Shown here in pieces: positions 1 to 21,758 of a stretch of 64,000 nucleotides of DNA. Made by a program: the position numbers and the translations under genes. Below the pieces are notes generated by a model that ran no database searches, had not been told where the DNA came from, and was given only the letters and a program-made list of their open reading frames with translations. This DNA is from the human T2T-CHM13v2.0 reference genome, Homo sapiens. The stretch's first letter is position 1; every line of letters starts with the position of its first letter. The stretch lies in the NCBI RefSeq assembly GCF_009914755.1, contig NC_060925.1. One strand, 5' to 3'.

Positions 1-5243
<5,243 letters not shown>

Positions 5244-5346
5244 ATTTTTTTTTACTTAAAATTTTTTTAAATTAAAAACTTAAGACATATCTAAAAAAAT
5301 GTTAAGAATTTTTAAATGATGGGTGAAAAATAACATCTTGTTTTAA

Positions 5347-5685
<339 letters not shown>

Positions 5686-6085
5686 AATTTACATTTCTTT
5701 AATTATCAGTGAATCTGAACTTTTTTTGATCTACATTTATTTATTCATGTGCTTTGTCTATTTTTCTGTTAGGTTTCTAAAATATTTTTCTTAGTGATTT
5801 TTGAGAGCTCATTATGAATTAAAGCCCTTTTAATATGAAGTGAACAGTTTTTTCCAGGTTCTTTTGTTTTGTCAGTTTTAAGCTTGTTATACTATTGGAT
5901 ATAGATTACTTTTTATAACTTTTAATTACATGAGTAGTGTATGAATATACTTTTGTAGAATTTCAAACATTACAAAAGTATATAGAGTAAAAGATTAGTT
6001 TTATTTTTAACTCATTACCCAAGTTAATCACTGTTAATAGTTTAGGGTTTCTTTTTAAATCTATTTTTGTACATCAACATCTTTT

Positions 6086-8058
6086 TTTAAAAAGTTTTAT
6101 TTTAGATTTGGGGGTACAGGTGAAGGTTTGTTACATAAGTAAACGTGTCACAGGGATTTGTTGTACATAACTATTTCATCACCCAGGTATTAAGCCTAGT
6201 ACCCAATAGTTACCTTTTCTGCTCTTCTTCCTACTCCCACCCTCCCCGGTCAAGTATACCCCAGTGTCTGTTGTTTCCTTCTTTGTGTTCATTAGTTCTT
6301 ACCATTTAGCCCCCACTTATAAGTGAGAACATGCGGTATTTGGGACGTTCCTGCTGAAGACATGCGCTCGTTCTTTTTTATGGCTACGTAGTATTCCACG
6401 GTGTATATGTACCACATTTTCTTTATCCAGTCTGTCATTGATGGGCATTTAGGTTGATTCCTTGTCTTTGCTATTGTGAGCAGTGCTGCAGTGAACATTC
6501 ATGTGCATATATCTTTATGGCAGAATGATTTATATTTCTCTGGGTATATACCCAGTAATGGGATTGCTGGGTTGAATGGTAGTTCTGCTTTTAGGTCTTT
6601 GAGGAATCGCCATACTGCTTCCCACAATGGTGGAACTAAATTACACTCCCACGAACAGCATATAAGTGTTCCCTTTTCTCTACAACCTCACCAGCATCTA
6701 TTATTTTTTGACTTTTTAATAATAGCCATTCTGACTGGTGTGAAATGGTATCTCACTGCCGTTTTGATTTGCATTTCTCTAATGATCAGTGATACTGAGC
6801 TTTTCTTCTGTATGTTTTTTGGCCACATATATGTCTTCTTTTGAAAAGTGTCTGTTCACGTGCTTTGCCCACTTTTTAATGGAGTTGTTTTTCTCTTGTA
6901 AATTTTTTTAAGTTCCTATAAATGCTAAATATTAGGCCTTTGTCAGATGCATAGTTTGCAAAAATGTTCTCCCATTCTGTAAGTTGTCTGTTTACTCTGT
7001 TGATAGCTTCTTTTGCTGTGCAGAAGCTCTTCAATTTACTTCAATCGTACTTGTCAATTTTTGCTTGTGTTGCGATTGTTTTTGATGTCTTTGTCATGAA
7101 ATCTTTGTCTGTTATTATGTCCAGAGTGATATTGCCTAGGTTGTCTTCCAGGGTTTTTATAGTTTTGGGTTTTACATGCAAATCTTTAATCCATCTTGAG
7201 TTGATTTTTGTGTATGGTGTAAGGAAGGGATCCAGTTTCAATCTTCTGCATATGGCTAGCCAGTTATCCCAGCACCATTTATTTAATAGGGAATCTTTTT
7301 CCCATTGCTTGTTTTTGTCAGTTCTGTGGAAGATCAGATGGTCATAGATGTGCAGCCTTATTTCTAGGCTCTCTATTCTGTTCCATTGGTGTATATGCCT
7401 GTTTTTGTACCAGTACCATGCTGTTTTGGTTAGCGTAGCCTTGTAGTAGAGTTTGAAGTCAGGTAATGTGATGCCTCCAGCTTTGTTCTTTTTGCGTAAG
7501 ATTTTCTTGACTATTCAGGCTCTTTTTGGCTCCATATGAATTTTAAAATAGTTTTTTCTAGTTCTGTGAAGAATGTCGTTGGTAGTTTGATAGGAATAGC
7601 ATTGAATCTGTAAATAGCTTTGGGCAGTATAGCCATTTTAATGATATTGATTCTTCCATCCATGAGCATGGGATGTTTTTCCATTTGTTTGTGTCTTCTC
7701 TGATTTCTTTGAGCTGTGTTTTATAATTCTCATTGCAGAGATGTTTCACCTCCCTGGTTAGCTGTATTCCTAGGTATTTTATTCTTTTTGTAGTAATTTT
7801 GACTGGGATTGCCTCTCTGATTTGACTCTCAGTTTGGCTGTTGTTGGTGTATAGGAATGCTAGTGATTTTTGTATATTGATTTTGTATCCTGCAACTTTG
7901 GTGAAGTTGTTTATCATCTGGAGCAGCTTTTAGGCCAAGACTATGGGGTTTTCTAAATATAGAATCATGTTGTCTGTGGACAGAGATAGTTTGACTTCCT
8001 CTCTTCCTATTTGGATGCCCTCTGTTTCTTTCTCTTATCTGATTGCTTTGCCTAGGAC
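6086..8058 (-). mobile_element. 5'-truncated LINE-1 (old L1PA/L1PB type), ORF2 3' half plus 3'UTR
   Basis: ORF2 peptides ([40 protein letters not shown]); 3'UTR toward 6090; TSD-like CATCAACAT(A)CTTTT at ~6072 and ~8059. Confidence 0.9.
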
Positions 8059-8661
8059 CATCAACATACTTTTATGTGTAATTATACATGTAGTTTGGTG
8101 TTTTCTCTTTTCTTAAAAATGATATTATGCTGTACATATTTTTCTGCAACTTTTTCCACTTACACTCTTAGATTGTAGTTGTGTTTAGATTTATTCTCAT
8201 ACTTTCTAATGATGACTTAAGTATATACCATACCTTATTTAACTATTCTCCTATCAGAGGTCATTTATATGTTCAGACGTTTTATATTAATAGGTAGTTG
8301 GATGTATTGATCTTTTCCCTAATGGCTATGACTTTGGTGTCTTTCTTACTAAAACTTTAGGTCTTCTGTATGCTGAAATTGTATGAAGATTTCAACCATG
8401 TGTTCTGACTTTGGTCTTTGCACTTAAATCATTAGTAAATCTGAAATTTATTCTGGTGTATATAATGAGATATATGGTTCCACCTCGCCCCACCCCAGCA
8501 ACCACCATCCAATAGCTAAATAGCACCATTTTTTGAATAAGTTGTCTTCTCCCCAACTGATTTGAAATGTCAATTTGTATCATACATTGCATTCATAGGT
8601 GTTCCATCCTCTTTTCTCCTTTGAACTTTGTCCATTCTTCTATTCTTGCAGCAAAAGCAAG

Positions 8662-8701
<40 letters not shown>

Positions 8702-8789
8702 GTAGTACTATATGTTTTAATAACTGCCGGGAACACTTCCTTTTCAGAAATTTCTAAGGAACTCTATGTTATTTTTTCCAAATAAACTT

Positions 8790-11715
<2,926 letters not shown>

Positions 11716-12055
11716 TAATCCCTCTATCTTTTAATTTTAATTAGAATCACATTGGATTTATAGACTAATTTTGAGAAAATAGTACAGATAAATTTGCATG
11801 TTGAACCACAGAATGTTGTCACAGAAAATGTGAGTGGGGAGGAAGAAGAAAGATTATGACATTAAATGTAAGTTTATAAATTTTTATGATACTACTTTGA
11901 GAAACATTAATATAGTTTATAAGGAAAATTATATTTTAAGGGATTTTCTACAAAGGTGAAAAAAAATCACCCTATGAGTTTAAAGGATTTTAAGCTTTAT
12001 ATTTAATTCTTTCCTTCTTTTATTAATTTAATCTATATTTCTTCTTTTTTCCTAG

Positions 12056-12094
12056 GATATCCTAAACCTGAGGAAGGAATACTTGACAGTTTGG
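12056..12094 (+). CDS. CD46: CD46 exon 10 (juxtamembrane segment, GYPKPEEGILDSL), 39 nt
   Basis: Polypyrimidine tract + CCTAG acceptor; GTTGGT donor; translation matches CD46; phase 1/1. Confidence 0.97.
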
Positions 12095-13381
12095 GTTGGT
12101 ATAGCTATCATGACAAATATAAGTGGTAGTATGTGTAGAAACGTGTAGGTAATTAGTTTTTATGAGGTGCCCAAACATAGGATCCTTGGTAGGGTAAGAT
12201 AACTTTCTTAAATGCTGTGTTTGTATGTAGGTTAAAATATATAAAACACAATTTTCTTTCCACATTATATTGTTATTTTGTGATGGTAATCTGTCGATAA
12301 ATTTTCTTTCTATTCATATCTTATATACATGAACCTTAAAGCAATCTAAGTTGGGTTTATTTTTTCTGTAACACGCTGATTTAACACACTTGATGTAGGC
12401 TTACGCAGTTTACACAATGCATGTTAAAAAAAAAGATGAAGTGCAGTTGTGATATAGGCCAATGAAAAATAAAGATTTCTTAATAAGTAAAAACAAAAAT
12501 CTATTACCTTTCATTTCTTAGACTAGTTTGGTAATGGTTAATCATTTTATATAATGCACCTTAGGCTTGTTTTTTAGTATTTGCCTTACCTCCAAAATCT
12601 GTGGTCCAAGTAAATCTGTTGCCATCTTAAACTGTTAAACACTTGATAACTGTTTATGAGATGAGAAGAGCAGAGTTGAACATAGCACTTTATGCTTTGA
12701 CTTATAGCAATTTAATAAAAGTAATGGCAGTTTAGAAGCAAAGGTACTAGGGACAGAAACAGTTCTAAAAATTAAGATTTTATAGGATTATTTTGTGTTC
12801 TCTAGATAGTCAAAAATGTATTCTCAAATTTCTCTGTATATTTTTTATCCATGTGCCCTGGTGTTTCATTTATTATGGGAATCCTATTGGTATTTAGGAC
12901 TATGTCTTAATTTTGGGGCAGGGCAGAGTATGGAAGTAGAGAGGATGGGAAGGGGATTGATAAGATAAAGTATTGTTTGTGAAGACTTTGTAAATACCAT
13001 CTGGGCAATAGAATAATAGAAATTTATTTATGACTCACTCTACAGATCACTTTTGGAGGAAAAAATACAAATTAAATGTCTACCAAAATAAGAAATGACA
13101 GAATGACTGTTGAACTAAACCAACTCTCATGGGATAATACTTTTCAAAAATCATTTTCCTTTACTATAGTGAATTCTAATTACTCTAATAACTTTACCGC
13201 TAAATAACCTGATGTGGTAGCTATAGAGAAAAACAGTGAAAAATGAGGTTCCCATTAAGAGTTTCACAAGTGGAACCCTTAACCTGGAAACTGGTTAGAA
13301 GGGTTCTATGATCAAAATGACCTGGATGCCCTAGCAGTCATGCTAAAACTATATAAAAAATTTTTTTTTCCTCTGTAGTCT

Positions 13382-13754
13382 TGTATTAGTCCATTCTCAA
13401 TGCTGTTGTAAGGAACAGTCTGAGACCGGGTAATTTATAAAGGAAAGAGATTTAACTGACTCAGTTCTGCAGGGCTGAGGAGGCCCCAGGAAACTTATAA
13501 TCATGGAGGAAGGGGAAGCAAACACATTCTTCTTCACATGATGGCAGGAAGGAGAAGTATGAGAACCAAGTGAAGGAGGAAGCCGCTTATAAAACCATCA
13601 GATCTCGTGAGAACTTACTATCATGAGAATAGCATGGGGGAAACTGCCTCCATGATTCAATTACCTCTCATGGGGTCCCTCCCACAACACGTGGGGATTA
13701 TGGGAATTGCGATTCAAGATGAGATTTGGGTGGGGACACAGCCAAACCATATCA
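13382..13754 (-). mobile_element. THE1 (THE1D-like) MaLR solo LTR
   Basis: TGTATTAGTCCATTCTC...GGGGACACAGCCAAACCATATCA termini; 5-bp TSD AGTCT/AGTGT. Confidence 0.88.
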
Positions 13755-13834
13755 AGTGTTTAGATGATCTGATTGAAATAAATGCTATCTGGAGATCCAT
13801 GTGTTCAACATCTTGGAACTGTTTTCTTTCTCAG

Positions 13835-13870
13835 ATGTTTGGGTCATTGCTGTGATTGTTATTGCCATAG
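13835..13870 (+). CDS. CD46: CD46 exon 11 (first half of TM helix, DVWVIAVIVIAI), 36 nt
   Basis: TTTCTTTCTCAG acceptor; AG|GTAAGT donor; phase 1/1. Confidence 0.97.
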
Positions 13871-14327
13871 GTAAGTATCACAAATTTTGACACCACTTAA
13901 GTCAAAAAATTATTGTGAAGACATGCATTTTAAAAATAGTTTTTCAGTTTCTATAGTTTTTTCAGCTTGTAAATTGGTTAAACCGATTTAGGAAAACCTG
14001 ACTTTTTATTTGATATACTTAACTACCTACCTTGTGTTAGTGATTTTATACTCTGTTATATTCTGTATATCTACTTAGTAACAAAGCCTAAGTAATACAT
14101 ATTTTCTCAAGATGATCAGTAATATTAGTTGGCTTCCCAAATGTGCTTTTGATAGTTTTCTAAATTAAGCAAGGACTTTTCTCTGACTTACTATGGACTG
14201 TGTAAGTGATTATGGGGAGTTGGATTTAGATAGCAAAGAGTCTGGATGGAATATAAATGTGTAGGTGCTTAAATAACATTTGACCACTGAAATGTAACCA
14301 ACATTTATTTCTTCTGCTAGATGTTGA

Positions 14328-14447
<120 letters not shown>

Positions 14448-15824
14448 TAAATTAAAGCATGTTTCTTTTAACTTCTTGGTCCTTCTTATACTTAACATGC
14501 TTTTGTGCAGCTTCAGTTTGTAATCTGTATTGCATGCTATCTTTTTTTTTTTAAAAAAAAATGCCTGCATTAGTTTGTCCTACCAATTGCATTTCTTTGC
14601 TAAAAATATTTTCAGCTACTTCTAACATCACTGCAACATAAAAACATCTGTGCAGAGTTCCTACAGCTATTATGACTTTAAGAAAAATTTCTTTTGGATT
14701 TGAGGTTTAAGTTATTTAGCAAATCATGGACCACTCACTATGAGGCCTTCTCTACCCTATTCCCTATTTCCAAAATTGCACTAATGGCCAAAATTAAATT
14801 TAAAGTATTTCACTGTGGAGACTTTGACAGTTGTATTCACTGGAATTTTTATAATGAAAGTTTCCACTTGTCTATATAGCTTAGCTAGTTGCAAGAAGCT
14901 ATGTAGGCATATCATTTAAATACCCAATTTGGTGTCTTTTCATTTAAAGTTGTTATTTATACATGTTAAACTGGGGGATTCAAAACAACACTATCCGATT
15001 TCCCTCTTATGTTCTCTGAATTTACCAGATTGCAGTAAAACTGATAGGGTTAAAGTTAAAATTGCTGAGAGGGGTTAGATCTGTAAGGTACCTCAATTAA
15101 CTGTGTCTTTTAATATATAAAAATGTAAAAAGTGAGTGGGTTTAGAATAGAAGAAAAATGTACAAGTACATATCTTCTAAAGAAAATAGGGTTTTAAAAC
15201 ATCAAACTCAAATTTTAGTTAAAGAGCTTACAGTTTAACAAAAGACTTAGAATGAATCCTGGAACACAGACTAAGATTAGGTGCTTTGAAATTTCTGAAA
15301 GATAATATACATTCATTTTTACTGATTTTTAAAAACTGTTTTCCCCTATAGTTTTAGAAATAGCTTTGAAATCAAACCTAATAATTTTAAGACTTTTGGT
15401 ACTCATGGTTTTATGATATATATTCCTTTTATACTGATCATCAGGTTTGGGCTAAGTCATAAAAGTACAAGCTTTACTCATAAGGAACTCAAACTTTTTT
15501 CATATTACTTGGTTATCTTTTGAAATACCCATAATCCCTTCACTTGAATCTTAAATCTTGTATTAATGGAACACGATATGCATATTTGATTTATCTATCA
15601 GTTGTATATTCTAAAAGTTACATATCTACAACGTGAGTACAAAATATTATCAATGGAATATTTTTACAAATCCATAAGGTTTGCGTAGAAACAAGTTCTA
15701 AAGAAAACAAAACAAAGTCGCATTCTGCTTATTTTCCTTCTTTGTTTAAAATATCACTGCATCAGAATTTTTAAAGGTTCATTAACAAGTATTAATCAAA
15801 CTCTCTCTAGCTAGCAGTTAATGG

Positions 15825-16135
<311 letters not shown>

Positions 16136-16639
16136 TAATGGGTCTTTTAAAGCTCAACAGTTATCTGACTGTTACACTCCCAAATGAAAGGTTCAATAGC
16201 AGTAGTGAACTGAGATTCCAAAATTAATTTGTCCAGTGATTTTTTTTTAAAGCCCATATTTTACAGCATAGGGTCCAACTGACAGTTGCCATTATTAAAA
16301 TTTTAAAATATTTTGGGAAGGTATGATATCTTTAGCCAATGCAACATAATTAATCCTGCAAATAGTAGCACAACTTGAGGAAAAATAGTCCAGAAAATGG
16401 TGTGAGAGACGAAACTCCTAATTGCCTTTGAACTTTAAAATATAAACTGCGTGGGAATCTTTTAGAATAGATGTTACCCTTTTTATGACAGGAACATACT
16501 CGATTGGAAATTCAGCATATGTAATGGCTGAATCCAAAGCTAGGCTCTCTTTATGGATCTATTATTTTGTAGTTCCATGTTATTTTGATAGCTGAACTGA
16601 ATGTGAGGGTGGTTTATCTTTCTTCTTCAGAGTCTAGAG

Positions 16640-16800
16640 GAATGTTTCTCTGACTTTAATGTGCACATTAGTCACCTGGAAATCTGTTAAAGTACAGATT
16701 CTGATTCATTGGGTTTGGGGTGGAGCCTGAGACCCTGCCTGTCTAGTGAGCTCCCAGTGCTGATGCTGCTGCTGTGCCTGGGCTACACTGACCAGGGTGT
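16640..16800. mobile_element. MER5-family hAT DNA transposon remnant
   Basis: TCACCTGG...CAGATTCTGATTCA..GGT.TGGGGTGGAGCCTGAGA...CTCCCAG..TGATGCTGCTG. Confidence 0.65.
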
Positions 16801-16998
16801 TGCCCACTACTGATGTGCCTATATTGTTGAAGTCTGAAGAAACACTATGAAGCTTATTGGCAAATTTTTCTAATATTTAAGATAATTGAAGTTTTTAAGA
16901 TTCCTCATCCATGTGTATCCTTAAAAAAAGGCTATGGGGTAATAAATAGTACTTGGCTTTTCTTACCTTCTTTAACTCTTAAAAAACAAAGATTTCCA

Positions 16999-17306
16999 GC
17001 CGGGCCTGGTGGCTCACGCCTGTAATCCCAGCACTTTGGGAGGCCGAGGCGGGCAGATCACGAGGTCAGGAGATCAAGACCATCCTGGCTAACACGGTGA
17101 AACCCCGTCTCTACTAAAAATACAAAAAAAAAAAAAAAAAAATAGTGGCGGGCGCCTGTAGTCCCAGCTACTCTGGGAGGCTGAGGCAGGAGAATGGCGT
17201 GAACCCCGGAGGCGGAGCTTGCAGTGAGCGAGATTGCGCCACTGCACTCCAGCCTGGGTGACGGAGTGAGACTCCATCTCAAAAACAAAAAACACAAAAA
17301 AACCCC
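16999..17306 (+). mobile_element. AluY with expanded middle A-tract and small deletion at the right-arm start
   Basis: AluY diagnostics (GACCATCCTGGCTAACACGG, GAATGGCGTGAACC, GGAGCTTGCAG); TSD AAAGATTTCCA at 16988-16998 and 17307-17317. Confidence 0.92.
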
Positions 17307-18513
17307 AAAGATTTCCATTATTTTCTTTGCACTGTTTAATGTCCATAATCTTGTCCCCCCAGATTGGCTGTTGTGGCCTTAGAAACTTCTTATAAAGACT
17401 ATAAAATGTCTGGAGGCACTTCTCCACTTCCGGGGGTAACTGGAAGCAGGCTAGCAGGCACAAATAATCTCAAATTGTTGTTAAAGCCTGGCACAAAATG
17501 TATTTCTTGTAAACTGGTATTTATGGTGATTTGGGAACGTAATTACTCTTCTGCAGCCTTCATCTCAAAATACAAAAATAGTGTAAGGAGTCATTTTAAG
17601 ATCATCCAACATCATTTACATTACTTGATAAAAAGTGGGCAAAAGGTTAAAGTATTCTGCCACTTTTCTGTTTCATAGCTCTCAGCTGAGAACAGTATAG
17701 GATACCAGTGGGTCCGAAACAGGTCCCATCCACATGCTCCCTCCTTTTCCCTTCCCATTTCCTTTCTTTACTAATTCTTCTACCATACTTTTTAGTCTTG
17801 GAAGCCACAGCCCTGTCTTTGCTACTGCTTCAGTCCTGTATTGCATGGCATGACTGTGCTTCTGAACAACAGATGCCTTTTGTTTACATAAATATTTAAG
17901 TAATGGTTTTTTTTAAATGCATGATTATTTTTTAACTCTAGTTAAGCATCCCTGGATAAGTGACAGTTTGGCTAAGTTAGTGAAAGTTATTTACATAATT
18001 TATATATTTATTACCTGTGACAAATAGTTTTTCCTTTTTTCCATTAATGGTATTTATTATTTTGTATAACCTAAACTGACTTTTAATGTTACATTAATAT
18101 TGACTGACCCAATTACTTTATTAAAAATAGTGGTCAGTTCAGGTAATTGGGGCATATAGTGACATGGGGCAAAAAAAGGATCAAATTAACTTAAATGTTT
18201 TTCTAGTTGGCCCTTAAATTCTTGAGCATTTAACCCTTCAAAAATTTTTGAGCAACTACAAAAATGTTTTGTAATTAGTTTAGAAAGCATCCTTACAAAA
18301 TTAGATCCATCTCAGAAATATGAGACGCCATGTAATACAAAGTTTTGCAACGATGTCTCCTCAGGTTGAAAACAGATGTGCCACAGGAAGACACTTCTTA
18401 ATGTAAAAGTCCAGAGACATCTGAAAATACATGATGTCATAAAGTTGATTTCTAGATAATATTACATGGATTTGATACATACTCAATGTATTCCCTCAAA
18501 ATTGAGGGTGTTA

Positions 18514-18633
18514 GGCCGGGTTTGGTGGCTCACGCCTGTAATCCCAGCAACTTTGTGAGGCCGAGGCAGGCCGATGGCTTGAGCTCAGGAGTTTGAGATC
18601 AGCCTGGGCAACATAGTGAGATGCTGTGTCTTG

Positions 18634-18661
<28 letters not shown>
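18514..18661 (+). mobile_element. Free left Alu monomer (FLAM-like) with poly(A)
   Basis: Single monomer ending directly in a long A-run. Confidence 0.85.
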
Positions 18662-18664
<3 letters not shown>

Positions 18665-19015
18665 AGAGTGCTAGAGACCGGTACCATTTCTCCCCAACAA
18701 TCTGTTATTCCTTGAAAACATTTTGACATGAATCACTTCATGCAAAATGGCTTCAAAGATAAACATATTAAACAGGAATTTCCAGTCTGTTTATCTGCTG
18801 GATGATCTATATGACTTCAAAGTTCAAGTAGCTTCTAGCACAAAATTCATGTTTCCAGTCCTTCAGTGAGAATGAGAAAGTCTTAAGTTATGAACCTAAT
18901 TCTCAGCTTTCCTGCTACTCTCTTACACTGGATTTTATCCCACTTGTTATGCTACTCGTTTCTTTTTGGTTTGAAGTCACTATTTTATTCAGCCGTTTTC
19001 TCTTCCTCTGTTCAG

Positions 19016-19067
19016 CACATACCTAACTGATGAGACCCACAGAGAAGTAAAATTTACTTCTCTCTGA
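19016..19067 (+). CDS. CD46: CD46 exon 13 coding part: CYT-1 tail TYLTDETHREVKFTSL*; cassette exon spans 19016-19108 (93 nt)
   Basis: TTCCTCTGTTCAG acceptor; TGA at 19065-19067; AAG|GTATCT donor after 19108. Confidence 0.97.
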
Positions 19068-19938
19068 GAAGGAGAGATGAGAGAAAGGTTTGCTTTTATC
19101 ATTAAAAGGTATCTGTTTTCTGTTGTTTATTTTCAGATGTCCTTTCTTTTGAAAAATATTCAGTGGATATATAGATATCAATAACCTGAGCAAAGAGATA
19201 TTGGCAGTAAATATCAAAGAGGAAATTTACATTCCTGTTCCCTTTGCTAAATTATTGATGTGTTCTTATACCATTCCCTTTGAAAACATAATGTGTACTG
19301 ACAGGCTTTGACGTAGGCTTTAAATAGAGTTATGTTCCCCTAGTCCTTTTATCAGACGATCTCACTTCTACCTTGTAAAACAGCTGTGAATCCAAAAGTA
19401 AGAATTTGTGAGCCAACTGGGAAATAACCACAGAATCAACTCATTTTAAGTGCAAGGAGGAAAAATGCCCTTTTATAGAAACCAAAATATATTTTACTTA
19501 GTTTTGTAAATTTATTCAATTCCAACGTATAAATAACTCTGTAAAGACATTTTATCAGTTTCCCTGGGCTGGGATATTTTTAGCATATCAAAGGAAAACA
19601 AAAAAGTCCTCAGATTTTGAAAAGTAATGGATTGCATTGCCTTAAACCCTTGGACCCTGTCCACCTTCTGTCTTTGAACTGAACTGGAATTATTCCTCTG
19701 TTTGTGCTAGAATGTGTGTCCGCAGAGCTGGGAAGAGATGGAGATACATATCCCACCTCTTATAATGTGAGGCCCTAACCTAGGTTATAATTAAAAGTTT
19801 GGGAGCAGGATCTACAAAGGCCAGCTGGAAGGACAATTTCTTAGTAAAAGCAAAGTGATGTCTTTGGTTACAGGAGGAAAGGGAAAGACAAAACATACCA
19901 ACCAGAATTGGCGGTCTGGGCCTACCCAGTCCTATATA

Positions 19939-20466
19939 CAGTAGTTCCTTCTTATCCACGGGGGATACATTCCAAAACCTCTAGTGGTTGCCTGAAACCT
20001 GGGAGAGTACTAAACCTTATATATACTGTTTTCTCTTAAGCATGTATACCTATGATCATTCAATTTATAAATTAGGCACAGTAGGAGATTAACAGCAATA
20101 ACTAATAACTAATAATATCAATTATAAAAATATGCCAGCATCACTACTCTTGTGCTCTGAGGCCACTAAGTAAAATAAGGGTTACCTAACCACAGGTACT
20201 GTGATACCGTGACAGTCAATCTGATAACCAAGACAGCTATTGAGTAACAGGCACATAGTGTCCACAGCATGGGTATGCTGGACGAAGGGATGATTTATAT
20301 CCCGGGAGGGATGGAGTGGGACAGTGTGAGATTTCATCATGATACTCAGAATGGCACACAATCTAAAACGTAGTTCTGTAATTTTCCATTTAATATTTTT
20401 GACCGTATTTGACTATGGGTAACTGAAACCGTGCAAAGTGAAACCGTGGATAAGGGAAGCCTACTA
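19939..20466 (-). mobile_element. MER44-type (Tigger family) DNA transposon
   Basis: Terminal inverted repeats CAGTAGTTCCTTCTTATCCACGG / CCGTGGATAAGGGAAGCCTACTA with TA flanks. Confidence 0.8.
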
Positions 20467-20763
20467 TATCTTCTTAGTCTCTTAGGACACTTTTGAGACT
20501 AAAGCCAACTAGGAAAATAGTTTTTAGACTCTCTCTGAGCTTCAGGGTATCTGTAAACATTTGAAGATAATTTAATGAATGCTGTAGTTAATATTTTGCC
20601 ATCTTCAAAATAGCTTCATTGTTATATCCAATAAATGTTTCTTTAAATTTATGTTAATGCCTTTTATCTTTGGCATAGATTGGATTTTTATTTAAAACTT
20701 TATTTAAAGAAAGAGATTCTACTACTATGGGAAAAAAATATTTACTTAGAAAAATATAGTGGT

Positions 20764-21067
20764 GGCCAGTCCTGGTGGCTCACACCTATAATCCCAGCAC
20801 TTTGGGAGGCCGAGGCGGGCGGATCACTTAAGGTTTGAGACCAGGTTGGCCAAAATGGTGAAACCCTGTTTCTACTAAAAATACAAACATTAGCTGGGCA
20901 TGGTGGTGCACACCTGTAATCCTAGCTACTCAGGAGGCTGAGGCACAAGAATTGCTTGAACCTGGGAGGAGGAGGTTGCAAGTGAGCCAAGATCACACCA
21001 CACTGCACTCCAGCCTGGGTGACAGAGCAAGACTCTGTCTCAAAGGAAAAAAAATAAAGAAAAGAAA
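20764..21067 (+). mobile_element. AluS
   Basis: Sense Alu; perfect 16-bp TSD AGAAAAATATAGTGGT at 20748-20763 and 21068-21083. Confidence 0.92.
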
Positions 21068-21217
21068 AGAAAAATATAGTGGTCTTGGAGAATTCAGTGA
21101 CAGGCCAAACCATTAAGTCTGTCATCACAACAGTCCTTAGGGAACTGCAATATTATAAGTATAGTAATGACGCAGTAGAGAACCATAATGATGGCCTCCC
21201 CGGCAAAGAAGAACCAA

Positions 21218-21343
21218 CCCGTTTACGCCTGAGGTTGCAATTTTTTGAATTTTTGCAGTCAGACCCTGGCGATGACCTTGAGCAGTAGGAGATAAATTCC
21301 ACATGCTTAGCGTTCCAGTAATGGAACACTAGGCATAAATGGG
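21218..21343 (-). mobile_element. MER85 (piggyBac/PGBD3-derived MITE)
   Basis: 13-bp TIRs CCCGTTTACGCCT / AGGCATAAATGGG; internal GGCGATGACCTTGAGCAGTAGG; palindrome GTTCCAGTAATGGAAC at 21312-21327. Confidence 0.88.
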
Positions 21344-21490
21344 TTATTAAAGTATCCAGAATTAACATGCTTAGCTGTGACATTGGAAAGGCAATGTGTT
21401 TGCTGTGGCACACATACTAGTAAATAATGACTGGTCCGAATTTGGTTTTCGTTTGTCTATTAAAGTCAATTTACTAAGGCAGGGAGGGCC

Positions 21491-21758
21491 CAGAGCTGTG
21501 CTGTCCAGTTCAATAGCCATGCGTGACTGCTAAGGACTTCCAAAGTGGCTAGTCCAATGTCAGGTATGCTGCAAGTGTCAAACACACACTGGATTTCAAA
21601 GACTAAGCCAAAAAAATGTAAAATACATCTCAATATTTTGGTTATACTCGGTTAAAGAAAATAAAATTATTTTTGCCTTTTTATGTTTTTAAAAGTGGCT
21701 TCTGGAAAATTTTAAATTACATGTATGACTGGCATCATCTGTCTTTGGCCAGCACTAG
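21491..21758. mobile_element. MER33/MER3-like hAT-Charlie remnant
   Basis: CTGTGCTGTCCA...GCAAGTGTCAAACACACACTGGATTTCAAAGACT...AAATTTTAAATTACATGT...TTGGCCAGCACT. Confidence 0.65.

Noticed and set aside
8521-8540. TAGCACCATTT as a third miR-29 gene
   Set aside because: Only 11 nt match, no partner arm is evident, and it lies in antisense L1 ORF2 debris.
13607-13855. 82-aa ORF from the THE1 LTR into exon 11
   Set aside because: Starts at GTG, is LTR-derived and overlaps exon 11 out of frame.
21079-21288. 69-aa protein-like ORF in intron 13 as an extra CD46 tail exon
   Set aside because: GTG start inside an Alu TSD, C-terminal part is MER85 sequence, and no good acceptor precedes it.
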